Positions 29,400 to 38,711 of a stretch of DNA of 64,000 bases are shown piece by piece; positions within the stretch are counted from its first letter, which is position 1, and every line of letters begins with the position of its first letter. The position numbers were made by a program, and so were the translations under genes. The notes under the pieces were generated by a model that saw nothing but the letters and a program-made list of their open reading frames with translations, was not told where the DNA came from and ran no database searches. The DNA comes from Giardia intestinalis. Its lineage: Eukaryota. Location: assembly GCA_000002435.2 (NCBI GenBank), contig CM018792.1. One strand, given 5' to 3'.

Positions 29400-31982
29400 T
29401 TAGGCGTCAGCTCCACCATTCGTTTGGGTGGTGCTATCGCTGGAGTCACTGTCCTCTATATTGCCGTCACCAAATGTCGCTTGTGGGGAAAAGAACAGGG
29501 TATCCATTTCTGGCACAGCAGCATTTGGCTTGAGGACATCAATTGTGGGTATCGCACTGACAGCCTCATTCTTTTCTATGCCCATCGAGTTGTCCACGCC
29601 CCCAACTGGATCATTTGTCTGGTTTGTTTCTTGTCTGTGACCAAGAAATGCTCCTATGGTGAGGCTGGGAGGAACCGGAACCGGAGCTGGAGCTTGGGCA
29701 TTGGCGGATGTTCGTGACTGCTCATTAATTAGAGCTGTTTTTTCATGACTGAACAACGCCATGCTTAGGCATGGCTTTGACAAGGTCTTGTTGTCCATAC
29801 CGAGCATGGCACGCGATTGAGACTTGGGCATGTACTTCACAAGGCTATCATCACTGGATGTGTTTATAGTTTCCCTACTAATGGACAGGTTCGACATCGC
29901 ATGTGGTAGTGACGCGTCAGGCACAATGTTGTCTTGGTGCGCGCACCCAACGGAGCCTCCTCCCGCAAGTTGTCCCGTTGCCATGGTAGGAATCCCGTCT
30001 GGGCTCATGCTATCAATTCCCACTATTCTAGGGGCACCAGGTAGATGGGGCAGGTCCATACTGAGGCGTAAGTTAGCGAAGGACTTCCTACTCTCTGAAC
30101 TCACGAGGCCCTTCTGGTTAAATTCTCCCAAGAACCGCATTGACAACATGTTTCGTTGATGATCTAGCGCGTCTGGGGCTGCTATCTCTAAATTTAGCTT
30201 CTGTGCAAGGAGGTGCCGCTCTCCAGGGGGTAGCTCTGCTAACACATCACGTGCTCTCTCTTCCTCGCCGGCTGCTAGAAGCGATTGAATTTCGTTCAGG
30301 GCATCTTGGCGTTTCCGTAGTAGGAGATCATCAACTTCCTTTTGCATGTCTCGCTCCATCTTGTCTTCCTCCTCAGCGATGAGCATGAGCTTCTTCATTA
30401 TTTCCCCCTCGTTTGTTATCTTTTTGCGCAGAAACGCTTTTTGCAGCGCGCCGTCGAACTTTTGCACAAATCGATCCCAAGAGTTGATCATCCCCTTGTT
30501 CCAGCCAATAGCGTCTATGGATAGGAGTGTCTGTTGGAACACTAGGTCCATTGTCAGGATCGAGAGGTCTATTCGGTGGCCGTCAAGGGGTGTGTTGAAT
30601 GGGTATTCGCGCTCTCTAGCAATGCGCAGCTTCTTGATAAAGAAGCCCAACGGAAGCCCTTGTATCACTATTGTAAACAAAATAATGATGCTGGTGATGA
30701 AGATAATATTGTTTTGCACGTTGATTGCGTTGGTGAGGTCTTGCCCGGTGGTCCCCTCAGGTATTGTGACGAGTGCAGTGGACAACGCAAATGAAATGGC
30801 TCCTCGCAGCCCGGCCATGATCATAATGAATTGTTCCTTCAGCGGAATCATTTCGTTTCTCATCTTTCGCCGTATGTTCAGGAGGGCTGTCAGGAGCAGT
30901 ACTGACAGAATCCTGGCAACAAGCACCAGCCCCAATGCAATGAGCAGGAAGACGTAGTCGATTTTGCTTTTCCCAACGATCTTGTCCCTGGTCAAGAAGG
31001 AGATTTGCATGCCCATGTCGAAGAAAATAAGGGCCTCAAACGAAGAAGCAAACATCTTCATGGTTATATGCATGGTCTCAACTGAGCTATGAGCCCAGTT
31101 CGGCTCTGAGTAGCGCGAGAGCAGCAGGCCAGAAATTATAATACTGATGATCCCGCTAAAGAGTAGAGAGTCTGCAAGCTGAAATGTTCCATATGCGCAG
31201 ATAAGGGCAAGGAATGGCTCCAAGTACCGAAGCCTGTTTTTCTTATACTTTAGAATAATGCATGCAAGAAATGTGATTGACGCACCTACAAGCATTGCAA
31301 ACGTGACAGAAACTATAAACTTCAGAATACCAATTCCAACAATTTGCAGATTGCTGTAGTGATGCTCCTTGAGCTGGTCAAGGTTGGAAAAGAGACTGTA
31401 GAGCACAATACTTACACCATCATTGAGGACCGATTCTCCGAAGGACATGTTGTAGAGGTTCCTGTTCACCTTGAGATCGAGCATGACTGCCATCACAGAC
31501 ACAGGGTCGACGGCAGATATCAGTGCTGCAAAGGCAAATATTTGGCTAGTCGTGTAGAGCTGCAGGACAAAGTAGCGCTTCAAAGCGTGCAGCAAGAAGG
31601 CAATGAAGAGGGTGTTCATGAGGGTGCCGACGACGGCGTAAACCATGATCTCAGCGAAGTTGTGGAAGAACGAGGTCTTGTCTAGGGTGTATGCCGACTC
31701 GAAAATGATGATGGGGACCAGCAGGAAGAGAAAAATATCATGGCTGAACTTGAAGAGGTTTTCCAGATACGTGGCCTCGGCGCTGGAAATTGCCGAAATA
31801 ATAACTCCAAGACCCACGCCGAGGAAGACAAGAAAGGTTGATTCCGGGACATACCGCGAGGCCTTGGGGTGCGATGTGTAGAACATTCTCACCACCGTGA
31901 GGAGCGCGAAGATACCGACTATGAAGAGAATGGCGCCCGAGACGGGGGTGACGTGCCAGCCGAAGTACTTGAAGCCAGACAT
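29400..31982 (-). CDS. Na+/H+ exchanger of the CPA1/NHE family.
   Basis: There are 10-12 predicted transmembrane helices. NHE hallmark blocks are IFLFLLVPIIIFESAYTLDKTSFFHNFAEIMVYAVVGTLMNTLFIAF (compare FFLFLLPPIILDAGY...FAVVGT) and LVARILSVLLLTALLNIRR. A long hydrophilic C-terminal tail follows. Confidence 0.85.
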   Translation of the reverse strand: MSGFKYFGWHVTPVSGAILFIVGIFALLTVVRMFYTSHPKASRYVPESTFLVFLGVGLGVIISAISSAEATYLENLFKFSHDIFLFLLVPIIIFESAYTLDKTSFFHNFAEIMVYAVVGTLMNTLFIAFLLHALKRYFVLQLYTTSQIFAFAALISAVDPVSVMAVMLDLKVNRNLYNMSFGESVLNDGVSIVLYSLFSNLDQLKEHHYSNLQIVGIGILKFIVSVTFAMLVGASITFLACIILKYKKNRLRYLEPFLALICAYGTFQLADSLLFSGIISIIISGLLLSRYSEPNWAHSSVETMHITMKMFASSFEALIFFDMGMQISFLTRDKIVGKSKIDYVFLLIALGLVLVARILSVLLLTALLNIRRKMRNEMIPLKEQFIMIMAGLRGAISFALSTALVTIPEGTTGQDLTNAINVQNNIIFITSIIILFTIVIQGLPLGFFIKKLRIAREREYPFNTPLDGHRIDLSILTMDLVFQQTLLSIDAIGWNKGMINSWDRFVQKFDGALQKAFLRKKITNEGEIMKKLMLIAEEEDKMERDMQKEVDDLLLRKRQDALNEIQSLLAAGEEERARDVLAELPPGERHLLAQKLNLEIAAPDALDHQRNMLSMRFLGEFNQKGLVSSESRKSFANLRLSMDLPHLPGAPRIVGIDSMSPDGIPTMATGQLAGGGSVGCAHQDNIVPDASLPHAMSNLSISRETINTSSDDSLVKYMPKSQSRAMLGMDNKTLSKPCLSMALFSHEKTALINEQSRTSANAQAPAPVPVPPSLTIGAFLGHRQETNQTNDPVGGVDNSMGIEKNEAVSAIPTIDVLKPNAAVPEMDTLFFSPQATFGDGNIEDSDSSDSTTQTNGGADA

Positions 31983-32039
31983 AGCTTTTTCCGCGCTGCG
32001 ACCTGTCTAAGACTTGTGAACCTGTAGGCACCTGTAAAG

Positions 32040-32112
32040 TGCTTCCGGTGGGGATCGAACCCACAGCCTTCGCAACGTAAATGCGACGCGCTAACCATTG
32101 CGCCACGAAAGC
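32040..32112 (-). tRNA. tRNA-Val(UAC): tRNA-Val, anticodon UAC.
   Basis: The 73-nt sequence GCTTTCGTGGCGCAATGGTTAGCGCGTCGCATTTACGTTGCGAAGGCTGTGGGTTCGATCCCCACCGGAAGCA folds by hand into a cloverleaf. The acceptor stem is 7 bp (including one G-U), the D stem GCGC/GCGC, the anticodon stem TCGCA/TGCGA with loop TTTACGT, and the T stem GTGGG/CCCAC with a GTTCGATCC T-loop. Confidence 0.8.
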
Positions 32113-32606
32113 CTCAGCGCGGGCAAGGACATGTTATGGGTATATAGGATGTTCAGAGGGCAGATTTGGCAGTACTACGCCTTCTAAAAACATACTTCTT
32201 TGGTCACGCCAAATCCCCCAGACAACGCAGAGTCTCTATCCGGCCTTGTCTGCTTCCAGGGCTATAGATGTCTGTCACTCTAAAAACGGAAAGCCATCCG
32301 CCCCAAGCGCAGGCCTTTGGGGATGGACCGTCACTTTCGTGGCAGCTTCCCTCTGCCTTTTCCAGCACGAAGAATAAGCAAGTACCTGGGAACAATCACT
32401 TTGGCGCGAGATTTCAGCACCGAGGAGAGCGTAGAAGCAAGCCAAAGTCCAAGGTGGCTCCAAGAACGCGGCCGGAGCACCTCAATAATAAGGCCACGCC
32501 TGTTTACTAAGTGAACGCAGTACACCTGCTGCAGATGCTCACAGAGTAGTTCTCAGAGTAAACCTCTAATTACAGCGGTTGTGAAGAAACAATAAATTAA
32601 AGAAGG

Positions 32607-33905
32607 ATGCTCCGGAAGGATTTTGTCATAACGACAAAGGAGGTACAAGAGCCTCACGGTAATAAAACGATATATGTACTTTCCAATCTCTACTCCTCGT
32701 CTGCAGAGGATTTCCCTGCAAAGATCAAGTTAAAAGAGGGCCAGCCGATTACAGATGAGCAGATTAGCCAGGGCCTCTTTGTCTTCAATGTAACTGTGTT
32801 CACGCTCTCCAAAACAATAATCCACCAGCACACATATAAGCTATTTGCGTCTGAAATCACTTTGCCCGATGAAGTCCCCAGGGAGCTTCAAGCAATATTT
32901 GGGACAAGCATGGTCGGAGAAGGGTCTATCACGTATATACCAAACCCTGTGACATGGAGTCTTCCTGCCATACGCGTATTCTGTGAGCTTGAGGATATAA
33001 TTATGCCTCCAGAACGCAATCATCAAGCCGATATAAATAAGCTTCTCTATCTGAAGACAGGAAAGAGTCCTTCAAGCAAGCCAACTACCTCGATAAATTT
33101 GGACACAGTGCAGCTATTCCTTGAAGAAAGCGTTCAGATACGCGCTTCCCTGAAAGCAGAGTTGACGGACATCACGGTAGCGCCTTCCTTAACCGAGACT
33201 CCTGGTGACAACGAGTCTGGATCGCTCGACAAAGTGAGAGAAGAAGCTCGCGTCGCCCGCCGCAGAATCCTCAAGCAATACAATCGACTCATCTACGATG
33301 GCACAGCATTCCTTAAACCCTTCCGTCAGTGGCTACATCCAGTGTTTTTGGACAAGAACTGCTTCGTTCCCCTCCAGATTATCGTCTACAAATATCTAAT
33401 TAGCAAGGTCATCCAGGAGCAAGGCGATCATTCAGAGCAGGATTGCATTGTCGCTTTGCGCTCGAAGATGCTCTCACTGAATTTGCAGCTGGATGAAGAA
33501 GCAGAAATGGAAGTTGAAGCACAACTATCTGGTTTTGTCCTTTTCGTTAGGCTGTCAGCGGAGTTGGCCACGTTATATCTCAATACTAGCATAGTGTCTG
33601 ATTTGGTTGATCTTTCTAACGAAGAAAGCCCCAAAAAATCGCGTCCCCTTGAAATAGCGATCTGCATATGCAAACCCTTCACCAAAGCGTGGCTCAAGCT
33701 CGCCAAGTATCACAGGCGTGTCGGCAACATCTCCAAATCATTGAGCGTAATATCTTCTTGTGTAAGCCTTCTAGAGACCTATGATCATGAGCAGAATGCT
33801 TTGAAGCGAAAGGTGCTTTTAGAACATAGGTCAATTATCCAGCAACTATCAGAGACTGCTCCTCCCCCACTCAGCTTACCACGAGAAGAAGTGACCCCGG
33901 CATAA
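32607..33905 (+). CDS. Hypothetical protein.
   Basis: The 432-aa ORF has an ATG preceded by aataaattaaagaagg. No recognised domain. The 3' end overlaps the convergent carboxylase gene by 35 bp. Confidence 0.5.
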   Translation: MLRKDFVITTKEVQEPHGNKTIYVLSNLYSSSAEDFPAKIKLKEGQPITDEQISQGLFVFNVTVFTLSKTIIHQHTYKLFASEITLPDEVPRELQAIFGTSMVGEGSITYIPNPVTWSLPAIRVFCELEDIIMPPERNHQADINKLLYLKTGKSPSSKPTTSINLDTVQLFLEESVQIRASLKAELTDITVAPSLTETPGDNESGSLDKVREEARVARRRILKQYNRLIYDGTAFLKPFRQWLHPVFLDKNCFVPLQIIVYKYLISKVIQEQGDHSEQDCIVALRSKMLSLNLQLDEEAEMEVEAQLSGFVLFVRLSAELATLYLNTSIVSDLVDLSNEESPKKSRPLEIAICICKPFTKAWLKLAKYHRRVGNISKSLSVISSCVSLLETYDHEQNALKRKVLLEHRSIIQQLSETAPPPLSLPREEVTPA

Positions 33906-36900
33906 CCGGCATATTTTGGTGGCACATTATCTCGTTGATGCGTCCATTGCGGTGTGCAGTTAGGACTAGGTCCAACTTGGCACTGCCAATGCGCAGTAGC
34001 GCATCACCCTTTTTGACCTCCTGGCCGACCATAACGAGGAGCTTCTCCACAACCCCTGGTATAGATGCTGCAACATGGGTCTCGTCGTTCACGTCTGCCA
34101 TTGGGCAACACGTTTGATTTGGTATGGAATACTTATACTTGCATGTGTGCTTATGAGATAATATTTGCTTAAGCATCAACCTGGATGGATCCTTGAAAGT
34201 GATCCTGCTCATGGTGGACGGTTCGACTAGATCGCCAGCCTCAAATAACTCCATGATAAATTCAAACTTCCTCTCTGTCTTCTGTAGATCCGTATTTTGA
34301 ACCCTTGAAAGTGTGATAGAGCCTACTATTCCTGTTTCAAACAAGAACCAGCAACTCTCTCCCACTGTGAGTCCCTTACAATATACACTGGAAGGCATGA
34401 GCCACAAGAGATCTGAATATTTCTCTATTCTCTCACGAAACTGGGTATATGGCTTAGGGTACATCGTGCTGCACAGGATTTCTGCATCTTCTGCAGTAAA
34501 GGATGCGCCTTCAACTGCAGTATTGTTTTCTTGTGTATATCTATGAGTCTGCTGTGAGGCTTCTAGTTCTGTACTGGCGCTCCTGTACGACTGCTCGAGA
34601 GATTGTAGGTGGGCCCTAGCATCAGCTTCTGACAGCTTCAACACATGCTTCACCACATGCAGAGGGAATCCGTGATGGGGGAGCCCTAGTTTCCCTTTTA
34701 GTAGATTGACTAAAGAATCGGGCCAGTCAATTGTCTGAGACTTTTGCTTATCTCGTAGAACTTCTGGTTCGAGATTTTTTGCAAGCAGAAATAGTGCTAA
34801 ATCCCCGACAACTTTTGACGAAGGGGTTACTTTTATCAGAAATCCTAGTTCGGCGTTACATCTTGCATATATATCCACAGCCTCATTCCATCGGTATTCC
34901 AGACCCATCTCGCAACATTGCTGATAAAGATTAGTAAGTTGTCCACCCGGCATTTCGTGTTTGTACACATCTGGAGAGGGTGCTGTAAAGTTTGTGTCTA
35001 GCTCCCTATACTCCTTGCGTAGCATTCTCCAATAACTGTCATACACACTTAGGGCCTCAATAATATCTCCGCAACAGTCACCCAATTTGAAGAATCGCGG
35101 TATACATTCTACATGCTCATGATTAGCCTGGTAGAGTCTTTCTTCTGTAGAGTGAACCTGAAGAAATGTTTGCAAGGACGGTTGAGATGTTGATCCCGCC
35201 AGTGAACTTGATGCTAGGTCAATGATATGACAACCCGCTTTTGCCATGGCAAGACATGTGCTTATGCCTGCTCCACTGGTGTCATGGGTATGAAAATGAA
35301 TCGGCTTGGTGGGTCCAATGGCCTCCTTGATCCTGGCTACTAGGGGTGCTGCATGTGCGGGTCTGAGCAGTCCTGCCATGTCCTTTATGCAGAGAATATG
35401 GAAATTCGGCCAGCGAGCAACTATTTCACTGCACAGATTACTGTAGTAGTCTAGCGTATATATGTTTTCCCTTTTAGTTGTATCTAGAAAATCTCCTGTG
35501 AAACATATGCAAATCTCACAGATTGATTTTTGACACCTAGAAAGAATGGTATCCACCGCAACCTCCATTTGCTGTAGGCTATTGAATGCATCAAATACAC
35601 GAAACACATCTAAGCCGGCGTCCGCTGTTTTGATTATGAATTGCTCGATGAAGCTCCTCTCATACGCCGTGTAACCCACTGCATTTGCGCCCCGAAAGAG
35701 CATCTGAGTCAACGTGTGTGGCATGGCCTCAGTAAAGAGCTTCAGACGGTCATAAGGATTCTCATCAAGAAATCGAAGCGACGTATCAAAGGTGGCTCCT
35801 CCCCAGCACTCAACACTAAAAAGAGGTGTCTTATCTATCGAGGGGATTGACGTATTCTGTAACAAAATAGCCCCCTCTATGAGCTCTCTGGTTCGAAGCC
35901 TGGTGGCAAGCAATGATTGGTGGGCATCTCGAAACGTTGTATCAGTGTAGAACAATCGTCCAGACTCGATTATATACTTGCAGACTGCTTCTGGCCCTTG
36001 GCTCTTGAGAATGGACTTGCAGGTGATCGGATGATCTGAGATCCGGAAGCTGAGCCTGTTGATTATGGTGTTTGGCACTGTAATATTACACGGCTCTTTA
36101 ACTGGAGGCAACGAAGTCTTACTGTTGTTCAGTACATCAAATAACTTGCTCCCTTTGAGATGTGCCACGTCAGTTAGATATAGCGTTACCCTCTTAAGCT
36201 GTTCTAAGTGCTCTTGCTGTGTTTCTGTTAACTCTGTAGCCCTTTCGAGTTTTGAAGAAACGATTTTTAGACCCTTTAACTGGGCAACCCACTGCTGTGC
36301 CCTTTCTGTAGTTAACTCATCGAAGACACTCAGGTTACGGTATCGAATATTCCTATGCTTTTTCAGGTTTTTAATTTGAGAGCACTTGATGAGCATCCTG
36401 GCCACAAAGACGGCAATTCTATTGCTGGTATCCTTGCAAGCGTCTCTTGTCTCTGAGTACTCAGGGCCGACGATGATATCATTCACGACTCCTGCGTTTC
36501 TTAGATCAATAGGATAGCACCTCTGCACATGTGCAAGTAGTTCAGCATCGCTGATGAAGTTCGCCCTCATTTCTGCAGTATTGTTCCGATATACAGATGG
36601 CTGCAAGATTGAAGCAGCTCCTTCTGGACTTATCACATTGTAGAATGCCTTCGATAGAATTCCCACATAGTTTCCCCCAGCCAGAGCTAGTGCGCCTCCT
36701 GATCCACCCTCTCCAGTAATAATACTTATAATTGGAACATGCACAGCCTGGAAGGCCAGTAGGCACTCTGAAATTGCTCTTGATTGGCATTGCTCTTCGG
36801 CTTCTGGAGAAGGAAGCGCACCAGCAGTGTCTACCAGTGTTATGACAGGGATACTCAATCTATTAGCAAGGTAGATTGCTCGGGCAGCAAAACGGTAGCC

Positions 36901-37887
36901 AGTGGGAGACCCCAATCCTGCCTCGGGGTCTAGTACATCTTCACGAGATGTAGCAATAGCAATCACAGGGAGGGTGTCTGCAAAGACACCAAACGCAACA
37001 GTGATGCACTTGTCCACACGAAGGCTTGCGGCCATGTCAACAAAGTTCTTCAAATAGTCACATGGTTGCGGGCGAGTTACATTTCTGGCATCCCTATAGA
37101 CGAAAGCATCCTGTACAAGAAAGGCGTCTTCTGTGTCCACTTCGGCCCCATGGGGGACACCCGTTAATCGCAGCAGTGCAGTCTTAGCTGCTGCCTCCAC
37201 GCTTTGCATCCCCTTTCGTTGAATAAGGACTTCCAGGATACCATGAATGCTCGCATATGCACTCTCAAGTGAGTCGAAGAGCTGATCTATCGCTCCCGTT
37301 GCAGCAGCTCTGTCCGTCGTCTGAAACCCTGCCGGAACACTACGATCGAACGCCTCATTACTTCCATTGAATATGGTGTTCTTTATGACGTTCTGGCCTG
37401 CGAATCCAAAGCGGCTTCCTTTGATGCCAAACGTAAGGTCCCCCAGCGTCGCGAAGCTTCCACTTGTCCCTCCATAGCACGGGTCTTTTATTACCACTAT
37501 TACAGGAATGCCCGCCTGCTTCACGCTTTCAATGCAAGACGTTGTGTTTGCCATCTGCATCAGCGCCACAACTCCTTCTTGCATTCGAACCCCGCCAGAT
37601 GCTGCCTCGATCACCAGGGGCATGCAGTGCTCCACGCAATACTCACAGGCACGGGAGAGTTTTTCTCCCTCTGCGCATCCCAGTGACCCGCCCATGAATG
37701 CGAATTCCTGTACAGCCCGTATATATTCTACAGGTTCTTTAACGTGGTAAACATGCATCGCGCAGAGTGAACCTGTTGCCTTGCGGGCAGCCTCTAGCTG
37801 CTTTTTATATGATACTCCTTTAAATACGAAGTCCATATGATCGGTAGAGCACAGGTTAATGAACAGCTCCTCACTCGTGGCTTGCAT
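33871..37887 (-). CDS. Acetyl-CoA carboxylase carboxyltransferase (AccD+AccA) fused to a pyruvate carboxyltransferase (HMGL-like) domain and a biotin-carrier domain. It is transcarboxylase-like because no biotin carboxylase (ATP-grasp) domain is present.
   Basis: The N-terminal block FMGGSLGCAEGEKL...GGVRMQEG is CT-beta. The block VITLVDTAGALPSPEAEEQCQSRAI...ITGEGGSGGALALAGGN...VISPEGAASIL is CT-alpha. The block DTTFRDAHQSLLATRLRTRE...ECWGGATFD...FHTHDTSGAG is the pyruvate carboxylase CT / oxaloacetate decarboxylase alpha-type TIM barrel. The C-terminal ~70 aa have a biotinyl/lipoyl-like fold with a candidate Lys in the SAKL context. No ATP-grasp motifs appear anywhere in the 1338 aa. Confidence 0.85.
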   Translation of the reverse strand: MQATSEELFINLCSTDHMDFVFKGVSYKKQLEAARKATGSLCAMHVYHVKEPVEYIRAVQEFAFMGGSLGCAEGEKLSRACEYCVEHCMPLVIEAASGGVRMQEGVVALMQMANTTSCIESVKQAGIPVIVVIKDPCYGGTSGSFATLGDLTFGIKGSRFGFAGQNVIKNTIFNGSNEAFDRSVPAGFQTTDRAAATGAIDQLFDSLESAYASIHGILEVLIQRKGMQSVEAAAKTALLRLTGVPHGAEVDTEDAFLVQDAFVYRDARNVTRPQPCDYLKNFVDMAASLRVDKCITVAFGVFADTLPVIAIATSREDVLDPEAGLGSPTGYRFAARAIYLANRLSIPVITLVDTAGALPSPEAEEQCQSRAISECLLAFQAVHVPIISIITGEGGSGGALALAGGNYVGILSKAFYNVISPEGAASILQPSVYRNNTAEMRANFISDAELLAHVQRCYPIDLRNAGVVNDIIVGPEYSETRDACKDTSNRIAVFVARMLIKCSQIKNLKKHRNIRYRNLSVFDELTTERAQQWVAQLKGLKIVSSKLERATELTETQQEHLEQLKRVTLYLTDVAHLKGSKLFDVLNNSKTSLPPVKEPCNITVPNTIINRLSFRISDHPITCKSILKSQGPEAVCKYIIESGRLFYTDTTFRDAHQSLLATRLRTRELIEGAILLQNTSIPSIDKTPLFSVECWGGATFDTSLRFLDENPYDRLKLFTEAMPHTLTQMLFRGANAVGYTAYERSFIEQFIIKTADAGLDVFRVFDAFNSLQQMEVAVDTILSRCQKSICEICICFTGDFLDTTKRENIYTLDYYSNLCSEIVARWPNFHILCIKDMAGLLRPAHAAPLVARIKEAIGPTKPIHFHTHDTSGAGISTCLAMAKAGCHIIDLASSSLAGSTSQPSLQTFLQVHSTEERLYQANHEHVECIPRFFKLGDCCGDIIEALSVYDSYWRMLRKEYRELDTNFTAPSPDVYKHEMPGGQLTNLYQQCCEMGLEYRWNEAVDIYARCNAELGFLIKVTPSSKVVGDLALFLLAKNLEPEVLRDKQKSQTIDWPDSLVNLLKGKLGLPHHGFPLHVVKHVLKLSEADARAHLQSLEQSYRSASTELEASQQTHRYTQENNTAVEGASFTAEDAEILCSTMYPKPYTQFRERIEKYSDLLWLMPSSVYCKGLTVGESCWFLFETGIVGSITLSRVQNTDLQKTERKFEFIMELFEAGDLVEPSTMSRITFKDPSRLMLKQILSHKHTCKYKYSIPNQTCCPMADVNDETHVAASIPGVVEKLLVMVGQEVKKGDALLRIGSAKLDLVLTAHRNGRINEIMCHQNMPVMPGSLLLVVS

Positions 37888-38038
37888 GTTCGATATCAGA
37901 AAATAAAAAGATCCGGCTGCTAACGTCTACTATACCTACAAGTATATGGGTAGCAATTTACAGTACTAGCCAAACCCTCAACAGATAACAGTGGTCAATC
38001 CACACTGTAGCAAAGTGCACCGAACAAGTAAGTGCTAA

Positions 38039-38662
38039 TCAATCCATCCTGGTGGATATCGGTATGTCTGAAGTGGTACCATCTCGACGTAGAACAACAA
38101 CATGTGCTCCCCAGCCTGAATATGCATCGCGATTTGTGGCCGACCTTATTATCTGCTCCATCAATGGCAAAATCTCATCCTCGCTCATATCTGGCTTAAC
38201 ATGTGTCTCGCACAGCCCAAGCAAGAAGTCGCTGGCTGTGCCCGCTATTTGGAAGTTGGTGCAGTCATCCAGACAGCCGATTGTGTCCATGGCTCCTAAG
38301 TAGGGCTTTCCGTCGGCCTCAAAGCCTGCTATTATTGGGGAGATGAAATAAGGCCCGAACCTGTGCTTATAAAGAAAGGAGGAGATCATCTTGGCAGTAG
38401 CTCTTGGACGAATCTCTCGGTCTTCCTGTAAATGGTATAAGTTACTCTTCATGCGTATCTGACGGTAAGTCGTGAGCACATCTGTTTGCAAGCCTGCAAG
38501 CCCCAGTAGACAGCTCTGGGAAAGGCGGAATATACGCTCCTCGTTGCCTATCGTGAGCGTTTGGTAGCTACAGCCAAGCCTCTTGTCAGCAGCCAGAGCC
38601 ACGCAGTCCTTCCCCTTGATGCCAATGAGTGCGGAGCCGTTATATTCCCAGATGTTCCCCAT
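38039..38662 (-). CDS. PSMB3: 20S proteasome subunit beta type-3. Start refined to the ATG at 38662.
   Basis: [30 protein letters not shown]...[10 protein letters not shown]...[11 protein letters not shown]...[15 protein letters not shown]...[13 protein letters not shown] is collinear with eukaryotic beta3. The track start at 38668 is TTG. Confidence 0.85.
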   Translation of the reverse strand: MGNIWEYNGSALIGIKGKDCVALAADKRLGCSYQTLTIGNEERIFRLSQSCLLGLAGLQTDVLTTYRQIRMKSNLYHLQEDREIRPRATAKMISSFLYKHRFGPYFISPIIAGFEADGKPYLGAMDTIGCLDDCTNFQIAGTASDFLLGLCETHVKPDMSEDEILPLMEQIIRSATNRDAYSGWGAHVVVLRRDGTTSDIPISTRMD

Positions 38663-38711
38663 GGTCAATGAACAGAAATTTATTTAAAAAAATCTTGTGA
38701 AAGAACCTCAA
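38663..38711. promoter_or_regulatory. 49-bp AT-rich bidirectional promoter between PSMB3 and the SMC gene.
   Basis: The sequence ggtcaatgaacagaaatttatttaaaaaaatcttgtgaaagaacctcaa lies between the divergent ATGs. Confidence 0.45.
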
